DNA of 64,000 nt from the human T2T-CHM13v2.0 reference genome, Homo sapiens (GCF_009914755.1 NC_060935.1); one strand, 5' to 3'. Shown: positions 1 through 16,445, numbered from the stretch's first letter. Notes: generated by a model from the sequence alone, not told the origin. Numbers and translations: made by a program.

Positions 1-1584
1 TGATAGATATATAACCACCAATCCCCTTAATTTTTACTTTTTCGGAAGTTAGTGTGATCTCTTCAGAAAAAGAATAATGTGAAAAAACCACAGGGCCCCA
101 CACTATCTGGGCGTGGGATCTTGGAACCTCTCCCCTGCTCTACAGGAAGGAAATACTCTTGTTTTCCTAGAGACCCACGGATGGTTTCTTTGTGTGATTT
201 CACATTTCCAGTTCATGTACCAAGTCCTCTGCAGCCTCTCTTCCTAGTAGAGAGCTCTTATACGGATGGTCCCATTTACTAGGCAAAGTACCTATTGATA
301 AGTTAATTCCCAACCGATTGTCAGTGCCCCTACTTAGGAACTTCAGTGGAGCAACTAAATGATCTGTCGGGGACATTGAGCCGCTTGCTCTTCTTTATGA
401 CATTTAGATGAAAAGTATTTCATTTGGGAAACTGTGGTTTGAACCAAGAACTGTGATTATTTTTGTACATATCTTTCATCAACAATAGTGTACTTTTTAT
501 TTATTACAGGATTTCTTCAAGCAAGAATTAACTTTCATTAGCACATTCATTGAAACTGTTCAAAATAAGCCACTTTTCTCTTACTGTTCCAAAAGAAGAC
601 GTCAGAGTCACAAATTTAGGATGATGGCATAGTGTTGCATTACAGGTACCCACACCCCCTCACCCCACAGGCAAGGGGCTACATGGTTTTAGGCGCATTT
701 CCTGTTTTGAAAGCCCCATCCCTCCTGAATGGATTCCTCTAACAAAGCGCCACAAGACCGGAGGTTGCTTTTGTTTGGTAGCAGAGATATGATCCATTTC
801 GAATAATTTACATTGGGTGGCTATTCTGGTTCAAACTAGAGAATGAATGTTAAATAATAAACGTGATCATAATTGCTTTATGGAAGAACACTGCTGTGAA
901 CTCAGCCATAAACATCACTCTGCAGCATATTAATAAAAGGCAGTAACAGAAAAGATTGGAAATGGAGCATGTGTAGTAGCTCTTATTATTGAATCAGATT
1001 CTCCCAGTGTTTAAGCAAGGCATTCATCTTAGGAAGCTACAGTAACTCTTTCTGGAACACTATCAAAAAGCTGTGATTAAAAAACAGAAATAAACAAAAA
1101 AACTGCTGCCTATGCATGTAGTTATTAGAAAGAGGAGGTGGTGATCAGTATTTTCTCCATCTAGTCTTGAGGATTTAATTGTTGTTCCTACAAAATCTAA
1201 CAGATTATTTTTAGTAGTGAGTCAAGAATCTTCCATCAAAATGAAGAAAACTAAGTCTAGTGTTATGAAGAAGAAAAGCGAATATTGCCCAATTAAAACT
1301 AAGCTTATTGGTTTCCTGATTCAGCCTAGGAGGGAAAGGAGCAGAGCCATAAACCCCCTGAGCAGAGGGTTCAGAAGGTGAGGAGGGTGTGAAACAGGAG
1401 GTTGAGATTAGTGCTGGTACAAGAGACAGTAAGTGGGTTCTGTCTCACAGGTACATTTGAAATGCCTCCTCCCAAAGCATGCAGTCATGAAAAAAAAAAA
1501 AAAAAAGGACATAAAACAAATGAAATTAAAAGGAGGAAAGGGTACAATGAATCCCAAAATCCTTAAACTCAAATAAGAAACAGA

Positions 1585-1812
1585 TACACCTTTTCTTTCT
1601 CCCTTCCTTATTCTCTTCCTTCCTCTCTCCCTCTGTTCCTCCCTCCTGTCCCTCCCTTCCCTCCTGTCCCCCACTTCCCCTTCCCCTTCCCTTCCTTCCT
1701 TCTTTCCTTCTTATCTTCTTTCCTTCTTTCTTTCTTTCCTTCTTTTCTTTCCCTCTCTCTTTCTTTCTTTTTCTTTCCCTCTCTCTTTCTTTCTTTTTCT
1801 TTCTTTCTTTCC
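1585..1812. repeat. Polypyrimidine (CT/CCTT/CTTT) low-complexity tract
   Basis: About 230 nt of almost pure C/T; source of the K/E/R/G-rich minus-strand ORFs. Confidence 0.95.
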
Positions 1813-3290
1813 TAAACAACCACTGATTAGCTCAAGAGCATTTACAGATCTATTTCTTTATTGCTTCCTTTAAAGGGTAAACATGTCAAACCAATATAAC
1901 ATTCTCTCAAAATAGTTAATCATTTTTATTGTTCTGCTTTTGATCCTCAGCAGTTTTTTCCATAAACTTTGTGATTTAGGGACTTAAATAGGTCCAAATT
2001 ATTTAAGAAGTGAGCTTCTGGCAGTATTTGATGGTGAACAGCCAGCCTGAGTTGCTCACATGGAGGTTTTGAGGAGTTGGTCCTTTTATAAGGAAGCAAG
2101 TTGTATATTGTTTCCAAAGTAAGGGATCACCCTGATGTTTCCATCTCTGACCATGACCTGCCTGGACCAGGTTTATAACCTAAACACAAAATAAATTACA
2201 CCTGTCAAAACATAATTTGATCTGATGATCTGGATTAAAAAAATACAGTAACTAGCATAGCAGGAAAGTATGGTACCTAGCACAGCAAGCTGAGGTTTTA
2301 ATTAAATATTTGTGGGCATGTTGGCCCATTAGAAAAATAAGGGGAGAAAATAGAATATATCTTGGATAATAAGTAGCATTATCAGGTCCTGTTGGCCTAG
2401 GAATTATGAAAGAACAAGCAGCGTATAGATACCATTTCATAATTCAAATGTGCACAATTGAAATTGTTTATGATTATGTGAGAGAGATGTGATTTACTTC
2501 ACAGAGTGGTGAACCCTAAGAAATGATGCTTCATCCCTAACACCTCCTGTGGATTTCTCCTGGCTTTCATGTCTTTGACAGTATGAGCATCATCAAGGAA
2601 GTTTTTTTTAAAAGATAAAAGCAAATAGAATGAGATATCTTTTCTTCCTTTTGATGTAAGACTGTCTTGATGCAAAACAGTAACACAGTCATTTTTCTCA
2701 TATACAAGGATGCCAGTGGGAGAAATTAGAGTTGGGCTGTAGGTAACTCTATATATGGACACTTCCTGCCATTTAAGATGACACTTCTAGGTCTCAAGCC
2801 TCCTCTTTGTGTAGACCTGATACAGAGGTCACAGGGAAGACTTTTTGTAGCTTAATTTAAGCTCTGTTTGATGCCTTGGAACCTAAATAGGAAGAATACA
2901 GAGACACTCCTTGAACGATCATAAGGGTCGTCCTCTTCTCTAGGAAGATTTAGTACAAACAGAACTGGATTATCACATAGTTCTACTTTTGCTAGAGTTC
3001 TGCCACACAGACTTAAAAGGTAGCTTCCTTTGAGGTGCAAGCCCGCAGATGGGGTGGACTTCCCTGAAAATTGCACATGGAACAGATATTAGGGAAAGCT
3101 TTTATCTTTGACTTAGTAATTAATAGTATATATTAATATGTTAATGTATATACATATATATCCCAGTAATTAATATCATTACCATTTTGCTGGGGACCAG
3201 TTAACAAGATATTGCTCAATCTTTTTTTTTTTTTGGCATAGCTATCCAGTAGTTAGAAAATGAAAAACATTTTCCAAGAGAGCAAGCTGA

Positions 3291-3599
<309 letters not shown>

Positions 3600-5551
3600 C
3601 TGAGGTTTTATAAACCTTCTCACTTGTCTAATTAAAATATCCCACTAAATTTATTTTTAGGGCTACTGGGTTTTGTTGTTGTTGTTTTTTGGGGTGTTTT
3701 TTTTTTGGAAGCTGTTAAACTAAATCCTAACAGATCTTAGGATATATTTGACTAGAACAGTTGAATGAACAGTAAATCCATTTTTGTCTTTCCGCAGAAT
3801 CTGGTTGACTTTGTACTGACTATACATGGAAATTTTATATGCACTTTTGTAATGGCTTTTGGTGATCATTTTATACATCATAATTTTAGTTATAATTTTC
3901 ATTTTTTAAATAAAATAATACATATTTATTATAAAAATGTACTTAATCAAAAAAGAAAATTAAAATTACTGATTATTTTACTACCAATCAATATCACTGT
4001 TAACATTTTTGTTGTGTATCCTGCTTTATACATTACTATTAAAATTTTTGTTTTATTTTTTAAATGAAAAGTGGATTATCCCATACATATTTCTTTTTAA
4101 CTTTTTTCTACTTGATAAACATATCATGGATATTTTCATGTTATTAGATATTCTAGGACATAATCTTGTTGCCTGCAAAGTATTCCATTATGTTATCTCA
4201 GTGCAGCAGCTTGGTTGTTTTGTATGGTTTCTTTCCATTTCCTTTGCATTTATAAGATATAAACTCCATGCCTTTGTGCAAATCAGACTGTTCGAGTTTT
4301 TATTTTTAACACAAGGCTGTTGAAGCTATTGGAACCAGAGCAATTTAAGGAAAGGAACACGGTCAAGGTTTTGATTCTTTTTCAGGGATGGATCACATTG
4401 TAGAGGCTACTAGTTAACTACTCCAGTATATCTGAGTGACCATGCATCACCTTATTTTAGAACTGGAAGGAATTAGTGAACTTTTGAGAATAAAGAAAAA
4501 TCTTTTCCAGATGACAACAAAAGGAAGTAATATAAATAATTCTGCCTCCTGGGGATGTACAGTATAAAGAGAAAATAGGTTGACTATATAAGTTCCCGGA
4601 TAATAAGTCCTCTTTACCACTAAAGCTTAAGTCATTTGAAATTCTGAACCGTACCATGAAATAGTAGGCACTCACATTTTTAAAATTAAAAGTCATCATA
4701 AAAGATGGACTTACATGGGCCACAGATGTGTGAATAAGCACATGACTGGTGACAATATAGTTCATCATTTGTTGCGGTATTGCTGGAGTGAGGTAGGGTG
4801 TACAGTAAAGAAAACTTTCTTTAGCAAGAGCCAAGAACAAACTTCTCAAGAGGAGTTTTTGAAACATTTAAATCACGGAAGGTCGTCACGTCTAGGAAAA
4901 TCAAAGGTCAAGGGTGCTTGTTCAGTGAACTGATGAGAAGGGCTTCTGACAAGGCCAGGGAATGTTAGGATAGGTCAGCAGAAAAGGCAGGTGGCCACAA
5001 CCAAGTCCTCAAGGAGGTCTGCAATGCCTAAGGGAAAGCAGAGGGAAAGAGGAAAGAATGGGAGCAAGGGAAGGAATCAAACAGTGGGATTGGTCGAGGG
5101 TGAGGAGGACACTAGGGAGGGGCTGAAAATGGACAAGGGCAAGCTGAGAGGCTGTTCATGGAGGCAAAAGAGGAGAGCATGTTCTTCCCCCACGTCAAAG
5201 GGAGGGCTGACTCCTAAAACACAAGCAGTATTAAAGGATTCTGTTTTCAAGGTACTCATTTACTTCCAAGATGGTTTTAGGCAAAGGAGGGAAAAGAAAA
5301 GATTCTAATGCTTCATCCTCAGTTTGTTGGAATATCAGATTTACTAGAATAGAAAATTCTGGAGTTTCTTACAGTCATAGTAAGTGTAGCTACTGCAAAT
5401 AAAGTAGCATGGGACTAGAAACATATGTTAAGTATAAGGTGATTTTTCTAACCCCTGATTTTCTCCTGGGCTTCTTTTCTTGCTGGTGGTGGCTGCTTTC
5501 TCTTCTCTTCCAGAGTTCTATTGGAAGGGTGCTGTGTTTTGTTTTTCACAG

Positions 5552-5697
5552 AATGTTGATCCAGGTATGCCTGTATTTTTACTGTAAATTTCTGTGGCGC
5601 TGCCTGAAATTTGTAATGAGGAAGCTAACTGGAAGATGTGAACTACAACGGATCTGTTATAATACCAAGCCGGGAGCTTCTAGAACCATGAAAATCG
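5552..5697 (+). CDS. ELMOD1: ELMOD1 coding exon (about exon 3), (R)MLIQVCLYFYCKFLWRCLKFVMRKLTGRCELQRICYNTKPGASRTMKI
   Basis: Acceptor ttttcacag|A, donor ATCG|gtaagc; 146 nt. Peptide matches the recalled ELMOD1 N-terminus and lies inside ORF 5409..5720. Confidence 0.96.
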
Positions 5698-5834
5698 GTA
5701 AGCCTGAGACAAAGAAGTAAGCAAAAGGTAGAGTTGGTATGATGGAAGATACGATGTTGTCTTTCAGTGTAGTAATTCTAAACCATGTGTAAAGGATAAT
5801 CTTTGAATGACTGTTTTTGTTGCTGCTTTCACAG

Positions 5835-5863
5835 AAACATCACTGAGGGATTCTAAAAGTAAG
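5835..5863 (+). CDS. ELMOD1: ELMOD1 coding exon (about exon 4), ETSLRDSKSK
   Basis: ctttcacag|AA ... AAG|gtaagt; 29 nt, continues the frame (phase 1 to 0). Confidence 0.95.
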
Positions 5864-6713
5864 GTAAGTAAAATTATTTTTCAGCAGCTTTTTTTTCACT
5901 TGGAAGCTTACCTTTATCATAAGAAGTAAAAATTCTAAGAAACCAAAATATACCACTGGCTAGGAAAACTACTGCCAACTGAGAAGAAATAATCATTTGC
6001 CCATTACAAACCACTGTACTATTTACATGAGAACAGCCACTGTATGTGAATTTCTAGGCAGTTTGTGAAGTACTTATTACTTCATTGTCAAATGAACCCT
6101 TTCTTATACCTCTTCCCAAATCATAAAATAAATATTCCTTGAACATAGTAACAGTATTAACTCCCTACTATTTCCTCAATATCCAAATCATTTTTAACAT
6201 TATACTTAAGATTTTTCAATAACATCAAAGAAGCCACTATGCTAGCTTTTGTAGCATAGTGGAGCATCCATATAAGAAAGAAAACCTATTTTCTTTTTCA
6301 AGATTCTTGATAATTTTATCTTATTAATTTTGACATCCTGAAGACTATCTCCCTCATGTGCCTCACTCTTTAGTCATAAACATAATACCCCTTAACAATA
6401 GAAACTATGTTGGGCGAGGAAATGAAAATATTACATTTCAATATAGGTAGCTTGAAACAGGAAAATGGTAAGAACAAAACCAAAAAAATTGTATGTGTTT
6501 TCCTGATTAAAGTTATCAGGAAAATTGCACTACCCCCCCCCCATCGTGAAAATGTCAAATTTATTAGAATTCAAGTACGCTAAATCAATTGTTGCTTTTA
6601 ACTTAAGTCTTCATATAGAAGCTTAAGCAAATGTTTGAAGCCTCTATCCCAGTAGATACTGATTAAGCCTCTGGTGTTAATGAAAAGGAAAGTGATTAAA
6701 ACATGTTTTCCAG

Positions 6714-6811
6714 CTGTTGCAGACTTCTGTGAGTGTTCACCCCGACGCTATTGAAAAAACTATAGAAGATATCATGGAACTGAAAAAAATTAATCCTGAC
6801 GTAAATCCACA
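6714..6811 (+). CDS. ELMOD1: ELMOD1 coding exon (about exon 5), LLQTSVSVHPDAIEKTIEDIMELKKINPDVNP(Q)
   Basis: ttttccag|CTG ... CCACA|gtaaga; 98 nt, in frame. Confidence 0.96.
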
Positions 6812-8031
6812 GTAAGAATATGTTTCTTATGTCAAAAATACAGAACACAAATCACATGGCCACAGGTTTAGTGTTTCTCTGTCTCCTCTCTTTTTTTTTC
6901 TCCCTCTCTCCCTAAAATAATCATCTGCCATGTTTTGACTTTCAGATGAGGAATAAAGAAAAAAAGTACCTTTTTCATGTTTGTAAATGGCAGCAACTTT
7001 GTACTTCCTTTGTGGCTTATGCTTCTCAGATGCAAAGAATGTAAGAAATGTGTTGAGTGCCCCGATAGAGAAAGATGAACCCATTCATCAACAATCACTC
7101 TATCTGATGCCTATGTTTTACGCTAACAGTAAATGTTCAAATTGTAAATGTGCTTAAGCTGATTCTGTTCCATCTAGAATAGTCCTTCACTTCCTTCATG
7201 AATATTACTTTATGACAGGCTGAGAATCTTGGAGACTGTTTCTACCTGCTTGTCAAGAAGACAGGCATGTGTGGGAAGGAGAAATGGTTTTTATATGAAG
7301 ACTTTAGAACTTCATAATTTATTCCTCTCATCTTGGAAGTATTAAAATGCATTTGGCAATGTTCGTGACATTTAAAATTAGCTTTATATTTTCCACTGGG
7401 TACAGCAATTTTTCAGTAAAATTTTGCACTGAGGACACTGGGTAGAATAAATTCCAAATGCAGATATATTTAGAGAAGGTTTTAGGTTGGTAACAATCAA
7501 ACTGTCTTTTAGATGTTCGTGTCTGAGAACTTTAGATGTTACCTTTGAGAAAGGCTTTTATTAATAATTACAGGAACTGTAGCTGAAGGGAATTTCAGAG
7601 CACACTTGCGTAGGTCTATCTCTTGGAAGGATTTTGGATACTAGCTATCTAGGGGCTCATCACAAAACCTCCATTTTTGCCTGGTCTCTATAGCGTTCTT
7701 TAGCAGCCGCTTCAGTTCATTAGCTGCCTTTTGCCTATTCAGCTACCAAAGGTTGATTTACTTATATAGTAAAGGTCTTTTTGAAACCTTCTAACATATA
7801 TTTTATTCCTCTGGGAAGGTGATAAGAAGGCAGTTCATTATAAATAAGATTGAATGAAAAATTTAAGACTACAACTGGCAAGAGGGATATATGAGTCCTG
7901 TAATCATGTTTAGAGACTGGATTAGATTTAATAGCAAATCTTTTCTATGAAAGTTATATAAGGTGCATTCAAGAGCATTTCTTTGCCATCCATTCTCTTG
8001 TTCTCATTTTTTTAAAAGACCCTTTTAGGTT

Positions 8032-8324
8032 CAGGTTGAGGATCCCTAATCTGAAAATCCAAAATCTGAAACTTTTGGGCATTGACATCATGCCACAAAT
8101 GGAAGATTCCATAGCTGACTTCATGTGACAGATTGCATCTATTATTAAAAATGTTGTATAAAATTACCTTCAGGCTATGTGTATAAGTTGTATATGAAAC
8201 ACAAATGAATTTCATGTTTAGACTTGTGTCCCATCCCCAAGGTATCTCATTATGTATATGCAACTATTCCAAAATCTGAAACACTTCTGGTCCCAAGCAT
8301 GTCAGATAAGGGTTACTCAACCTG
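8032..8324 (-). mobile_element. Tigger4/MER46 (Zombi) non-autonomous TcMar DNA transposon
   Basis: Terminal inverted repeats CAGGTTGAGgATCCCTaATC ... GATAAGGGtTACTCAACCTG followed by TA. Confidence 0.85.
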
Positions 8325-8502
8325 TAGTATTTTTTTTAAATCTCCATGTGGATTCTAGTGCCTTTTTTACAGAGTGACATTGATAAGCTCTGATATAAAA
8401 AAATTAAGTACTTTTCTGAGAAAACAAAGAAATAGCTTAGAGATGGGGGAAACACTTTATAACTTACCAAACTGTTACTACTATTAACCTCACTTGTTTT
8501 AA

Positions 8503-8864
<362 letters not shown>

Positions 8865-9590
8865 AGAGAAAATTTAATTGACTTTCCTTATTTCTGCCTC
8901 TTATATTCCGTCCATTCTCCTCTTTCCCTCAAAATTAACGCTATTCTCCATACTACATGGACTTTCTAGGTGGCTAGTGCTATGGTGCCCTTTCCTAAAT
9001 TTTAATATCTGGCCTAGTTGTTTGGTGCTATGGTAACAAGTAATGATGAAAGTCATTCACTGAATATGACTTTATTAAAGTTCAGTATTCCTAGGCTGTC
9101 TGACTGTCCTGTACGTTTGGAGCAGGTACACAGTTCTAAGTTCTGTTGCCCTCAACTTGAGATTTAACATCTGTGCATGTCATTTACCCCTAAAAAAAAA
9201 TATGATGATGTACAGTGATTATAATGACCACCACCACACCACCTCAAACATGCTCAAAGTCCATGAGTGAACAAGACAAAAGACTAGATTGGAGAGTATC
9301 ATATGCAATTGCCAATGTTCAGCCATTTTTGAGCCACAGAAAATACATGACTCTAAAGAATTTAGGAGGAAAAAATAAACGTGAAGTGCTACTTTTAGAC
9401 CTTTAGATTCTACATTACTTTAGAGGCTGTAGAAAGGGAAAACAGCATTCCAGTCACAGAAAGTAATGATCCTCTGTGTGTTACAGTTGCCAGATTGTTT
9501 TCTGTTCTAGTGATATGCTTTTAGGGTACTGTTATTCAAATAGTGTACATTCGGAGAGGACTGAGAACGATCATAAAACATCTGAAAACC

Positions 9591-9960
<370 letters not shown>

Positions 9961-10404
9961 CTAGAGATTAGAAGACTCGCTATCTTAAATAGTCATGGCA
10001 CTGGAAAGGTGGAAATAAATTTGCTCAGAGAACGGAATTGGAACCACTTTGTAATAAGCAAAGCAGATTTTGTTTCAGCATAAGAAAAAGTGTTCAGACA
10101 ACTACAGCGGTCAGAATGTAATAGAACATCTTGTAAAGTTGTAACTACCCTCTTAGCACTGTCTCCCCTGAGGAGGACACTCCTAAGTGGAGGTGGTGTT
10201 GTTATTGTTATTTTGTTTCACTTCATTTTGTTTTGATTTTTTTCCTTGAAGCCCTTAAGGGCTTTTTCTGTTGTCCTCATCCTCATTCTCTTCCACACAT
10301 CTTTCTAAGGTAATTCTGATATGACCACCTGGGGGGTGCTATATAATCCCTAAGAGCCCAGTATTACCTATAATTTCAAGTAACCTGCATAAAGAAATCC
10401 CTTG

Positions 10405-10507
10405 TGGGTTTTGGTTTTGTTTTGTTTTGGTAGAGATAGGATCTTGCTTTGTTGCCCAGGCTGGTTTTGTACTCCTGGCTTCAAGCAATCCTCCCATCTT
10501 GGCCTCA
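10405..10507 (-). mobile_element. Truncated Alu monomer (FLAM/AluJ-like)
   Basis: Left-arm fragment flanked by TSD agaaatccctt. Confidence 0.8.
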
Positions 10508-10769
10508 GAAATCCCTTATTTTTAAGTCATACCATTGCCATTTAGCTTTAGAAAAAGTCAGACTTCGAGGCAAATTTTAGCCAGGTTCTACAGTTGTCCA
10601 TGTGGAGATTTAATAAGAATTGTGCTTCTATTAAATAGATCATCTTTGAGCAATTTCCTGAATATTATATTAATATGAAAAGTTCTATCATGCATACATC
10701 AAGTGAACAAATGCCAAAGTGAATGCCCTGTTCTTCCTTGTGTGTCTCTTCTGTTTTTGAACACCCTAG

Positions 10770-10899
10770 GCTGGGAATCTCTCTTCAGGCTTGCCTTCTG
10801 CAAATCGTTGGGTACAGGAACCTTATTGCAGATGTGGAAAAACTGCGTAGAGAGGCCTATGATTCTGATAATCCCCAACATGAAGAAATGCTTTTGAAG
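10770..10899 (+). CDS. ELMOD1: ELMOD1 coding exon (about exon 6), LGISLQACLLQIVGYRNLIADVEKLRREAYDSDNPQHEEMLLK
   Basis: ccctag|G ... AAG|gttagt; 130 nt; within ORF 10723..10911. Confidence 0.96.
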
Positions 10900-12498
10900 G
10901 TTAGTGCTTGAACACATTTCGGTTCTTCCTCTAAGTCAGCTGACATTTGCCAGGCACCTGCTATGTGCTAGGCGCTGCTCTGGACATCAGGGGTACAAAG
11001 ATGGATCAGACACGGGCACCTAACTGGTTGGTAAGGTCAAGTTTTCTCGCTGGTTCAGGTGTTGGAAGTAAATTTTTCATCAGAAAATTCCTGTGAGAAG
11101 TTAAGTTCAAAGCCAATTTTCTTTTGTAATCTGAGAAAACGTCAGAGGTGATTTCTGTGGGCTCTCACATTTGGCTTAAGTTTAGTTTGTTTAACAAGTG
11201 TTGAAAGCCAACAGGAGAAATAGCATTTGTCAAAGAGTGACTTGGGATTCCCATTTACGACTTTTAATACACATCAGAGAAGATAAAGTTGGTTTCTGCT
11301 TCAGCAATGGCCCTCTTGGGAAATTACCCAAGATCTTAATGCTGATTATTTATGCATGTAACTTAGTATTAGAAGAGGTAAAGGTTTATATTTGGCACAC
11401 TAGAACTTCTGGAGAAATAATGTGGAGTTATGAATACTCCTGGCTGTCAAAGCAAAACCTTAAAAATCTTACAGGATCTGATGGTATATTAAGAAACATC
11501 AGTAAAACTTTCCCTCAAAACACTTGAGTTTGGGGCTAAAGAAATTAAGACCCCACAATAATTAAGACTACCCTTTAGAACTACATACTTACCTGAAATG
11601 TTTTATAAATTCATTTCTGAAAATAGATGCTTCTTTAGAATTAGAGTGCTTTAGGGTATCTCCCTGCCTTTTCCTAGAATTCATAAAGGCAGTAACAAAA
11701 TTGTAAGAAAACATTTGTTTAGCTGCCTTTATTTTATTGAAAAATGTCAACAGAAGGCGTAATTTCAAAAATGTATCCTGTTGTGTTTTTGTGTGAAGGA
11801 GTGTATGTTTTTGTGTATGTAAGTACTTAAGCAGATGACTCATTTGTCTCTATTAATTAGTGCTGGATCTGATGTGAATCATTAAAAATTAAAGATGCCT
11901 CATTCTTGGCAGTAGTTTTTCTTCCTTTTCTCCCTGCTGAAGTTTAGCTAACCTGCTGAATTTTATCTCTTTTATATTGTCTTTTTTTTTCTGGCCATTT
12001 TCTGATGGAGGTAGTTCAACAAAATTACCCAAACATAGGAAATAAGAGGTGACAGAGAAAAGAGGTGTTGTAATTAACAGATAGTCACAAGAGCCTGAAC
12101 AATGTATTAGAATAGCTGAGGTTCCCTCAGAATGAGTGACATCCAGGTGCCTGCTAGGCACCATCTTTAGCTGATCCATTGTATATGTGCTGGCACATAA
12201 TGGGTTTTCAACAAATATAAGTGAATGCACGAATTATTATAGTTCATTAGCTACATCTCGAGAACTTGTATATGACTTTTATCTGTGGTTATGATTAGAT
12301 TATCTGTTATCATTTAAACTGTCAGCTATATGAGATAGATAAGGAAATGATGGCTATCTTTATTTTACAGATGAGAAAACTATAAGCATTTTAGCTCAGG
12401 TTCTGATTCACACATCTAGTAAATTATAAAGTCAGGGCTGTTCATTACTGCATTAGGTACTTTGGGGAAAGGCATCATTTCTGCCCTCAAGCAGCTTA

Positions 12499-12862
<364 letters not shown>

Positions 12863-13429
12863 TTATCCATACAGCACCCTAAGGTATCTTTGAAATGTTT
12901 TCCATGCCCAATGCCTTATTCTAGCCATCATCTCCAACTTGGGCTGTGCCAGGCTTTTAATTATGGCAGCAACCATTAGATTCTTCTCTCACATCATCTA
13001 AAATACTGTTGGAGGGATTTTTTTTTCCTCAAAACACAGATATATTCATTGTCATTCCCTAGACTAGAAACTTCAGGCTATGTCCTATAGTAGAAAGCCC
13101 ACGCATCTTAGCATGGCATTTTGGAGGCTTTCCAGTGTATTTCATGAAGCTACAGCTCCTGTATCCTCATCACATATAGTACATTTCTGCCATGCTCTGC
13201 CATTCACCGTGACCCAGAATAAGTCGTGCCATACCATATGCCCAGGAATTTGTTCATGCTATTCCCTCTGTTACCCATTATTCTCACTGCAGAAGCCGGC
13301 TCGTTTTTTAAATCCTTACTCACTGAATTTTGAAATCTTCACTAGCTCCCCAAGCAAACTTAGGAGTGGGAATCTTTGTTCTCTTCTTCAGTTTGTTCAA
13401 GTTTCAAGTACGATGATAAAATCAGAAAT

Positions 13430-13780
13430 AATAAAACATTAATGGAGTGTTTAGTATGTGCCAATTGTTACAGTCAGTGTTTTCTGGCATTATTTCATTT
13501 CATTATCACAGTAGCCTTGTGGTGATACACTGCTGTTGTCTTCATTTTTCAGATGAGGAAACTGAAGCTGAGCAGTGAAGTGGCTATGTGAGCTCACATA
13601 GGGTGGTAGCTAAGGGCTCTGAGCTACCACACTGCACTAGGTCTTGAGAAACAAACCACATCTTGTTCACATTTGTCTTTCCAGGGCTGACCCATGGTTT
13701 GTGTTTCACTGCCTGAGCTTAAGCTTCTTCATCTTTAAAATGGGTAATAATACCCTTGTTACCTACTTCACAGAACTGTT
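13430..13780. mobile_element. MIR fragments
   Basis: MIR core motifs cagatgaggaaactgaag and ttcttcatctttaaaatggg. Confidence 0.6.
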
Positions 13781-13784
13781 TAGA

Positions 13785-14343
<559 letters not shown>

Positions 14344-15040
14344 AGTTTCTAAGCACAGGTCATATATAGTATTGCCACATGTTTAAGTGCTTGGCTTTTT
14401 AAGCATAGGAGAGCATTATCAGTGTTACTAGAGTTCTGAAGTATTTTAAAAATCTAGATTTTGTGATCATTTGAACATAGCCTGGGATGAAATTGAATAA
14501 TATCACTGTCCATATGAATCACTTATATAGACATTTCTATTAAAAGTATTCCAACCAAATTCATAATGAAGACAAAATTCTAGGTGGATTCATGCACTTA
14601 ATGAAAAACATAAAGTCCAGAATAAAGACCCTCTCCTGATGGAAAGAGACAATCCCATGATGACCTTGGTGAGAAGCTGCTTCTCCTTGAATGCTCTGGC
14701 TCGAGGGCAGATGAATCGCCTTCCCTTTCTGTCCTGCAGAGGGTTCGAGACCAGGCAGAAGTGTTCAAATAAACTTGTGTAAAGCTTCAGTTCACAGTGA
14801 AGAGAGTTCAGCAGAGAGAGCAGGCTGTGATGGATAACAGTCTGACTCAGAGTGCAGTCTCCACATCTGTTTCTTGTCTTCTGCTAATCACTTTTCCTAG
14901 CCCCTGGTCTCCTCCACTTCGCAGGTGGCTTTGTAATAACTACTCCCAGTAGCACAGTCTTAGATGAGTGGATTCCTTAGAGTCCCCACCATAAGCCCAC
15001 CACCATTTCTCAGATCTGAAGTTGGCTTCCTAGTGCATGA

Positions 15041-15313
<273 letters not shown>

Positions 15314-16175
15314 TAAATAGGAAATATACAGATAATTGTACTTCATATAAGTATTTTAGCATAATGGGCTTTCATCTTCCAAAATAAGTTTGACAATTTT
15401 ATTTGCTACGTATAGTTATTAACCTACTGGTTTAGCCTTTCAATATTTAGCAAGTTTGTTTTAAAAATTACTATTCCCATTGGTTTACAATACCATTAAT
15501 ATAAATGCATAATTTCGAAGTCAACATTCATTTCACTGTGGACATAAGAATTCTTAAGGGGTACAATAATGACTGTGGCTGCTGGGCACTGTTCAAAGCC
15601 AAAATGACTGGCAGGCTTGGAAAGGCATAAACTATTTATACATACCCTCGGTATACTACGAGTCCCACATTTTTGCTGTACATTCTTGTCTCATAATACA
15701 GTATAAATTATTCCCTAAGTCTGAAAAAAAAATTAAGTTGAATACATTTTTGTCTTAATTTCAAAATAACCTTTTTAATGAAAAAGAAGTTCCTCATGTT
15801 AAATCTGTTCAAAAGAAGGATTTAAATACTTTGGTCACAACATGTACAATTTTTTGACCCTGAGTGCCCCATTAAAATCAGTTTAGCAATAAAACCTTCT
15901 GTGCTTTATCAAAAACAGCATTCAATAGATTATAAAATTATTCAATCTGCATTTGAATCATTATTAGGACACTGAATTATAACAAAGTCCAGCAAATGTA
16001 TGACCATTCATCAACACCCTTAAAACCTGTGAATTATAGCAATTAATCTCATGTGTGCATATAATTCAAACATAAACTTTGTGGAGAGGGGATATAACAT
16101 AAATACTACAATATTTCTTCAGTCCTATTTAATGCTGCCTAGATGGTTAGATGAAAAGGTTAATATTTCTAACAG

Positions 16176-16445
16176 GCACTTTGGGAAGCCGAGGAAGGTG
16201 GATCACCTGAGGCCAGGCATTCGAGACCAGCCTGGCCAACATGGTGAAACACCGTCTCTACCAAAAATACAAAAATTAGCCAGGCGTGGTGGCGCACACC
16301 TGTAGTCCCAGCTACTCAGGAGGCTGAGGCACTAGAATCACTTGAGCCTGGGAGGCAGAGGTTGCAGTGAACCGAGATCATGCCACCGCACTCCTACCTG
16401 GGTGACAGAGAAAGACTCTGTCTCAAAAAAGAAAAAAGAAAAAAA
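16176..16445 (+). mobile_element. 5'-truncated AluS
   Basis: Starts at gcactttggg; flanking tctaacagg duplication. Confidence 0.88.

Noticed and set aside
1408-1819. K/E/R/G-rich minus-strand ORFs (88 and 97 aa)
   Set aside because: Translations of the CT low-complexity tract; no splice or start context.
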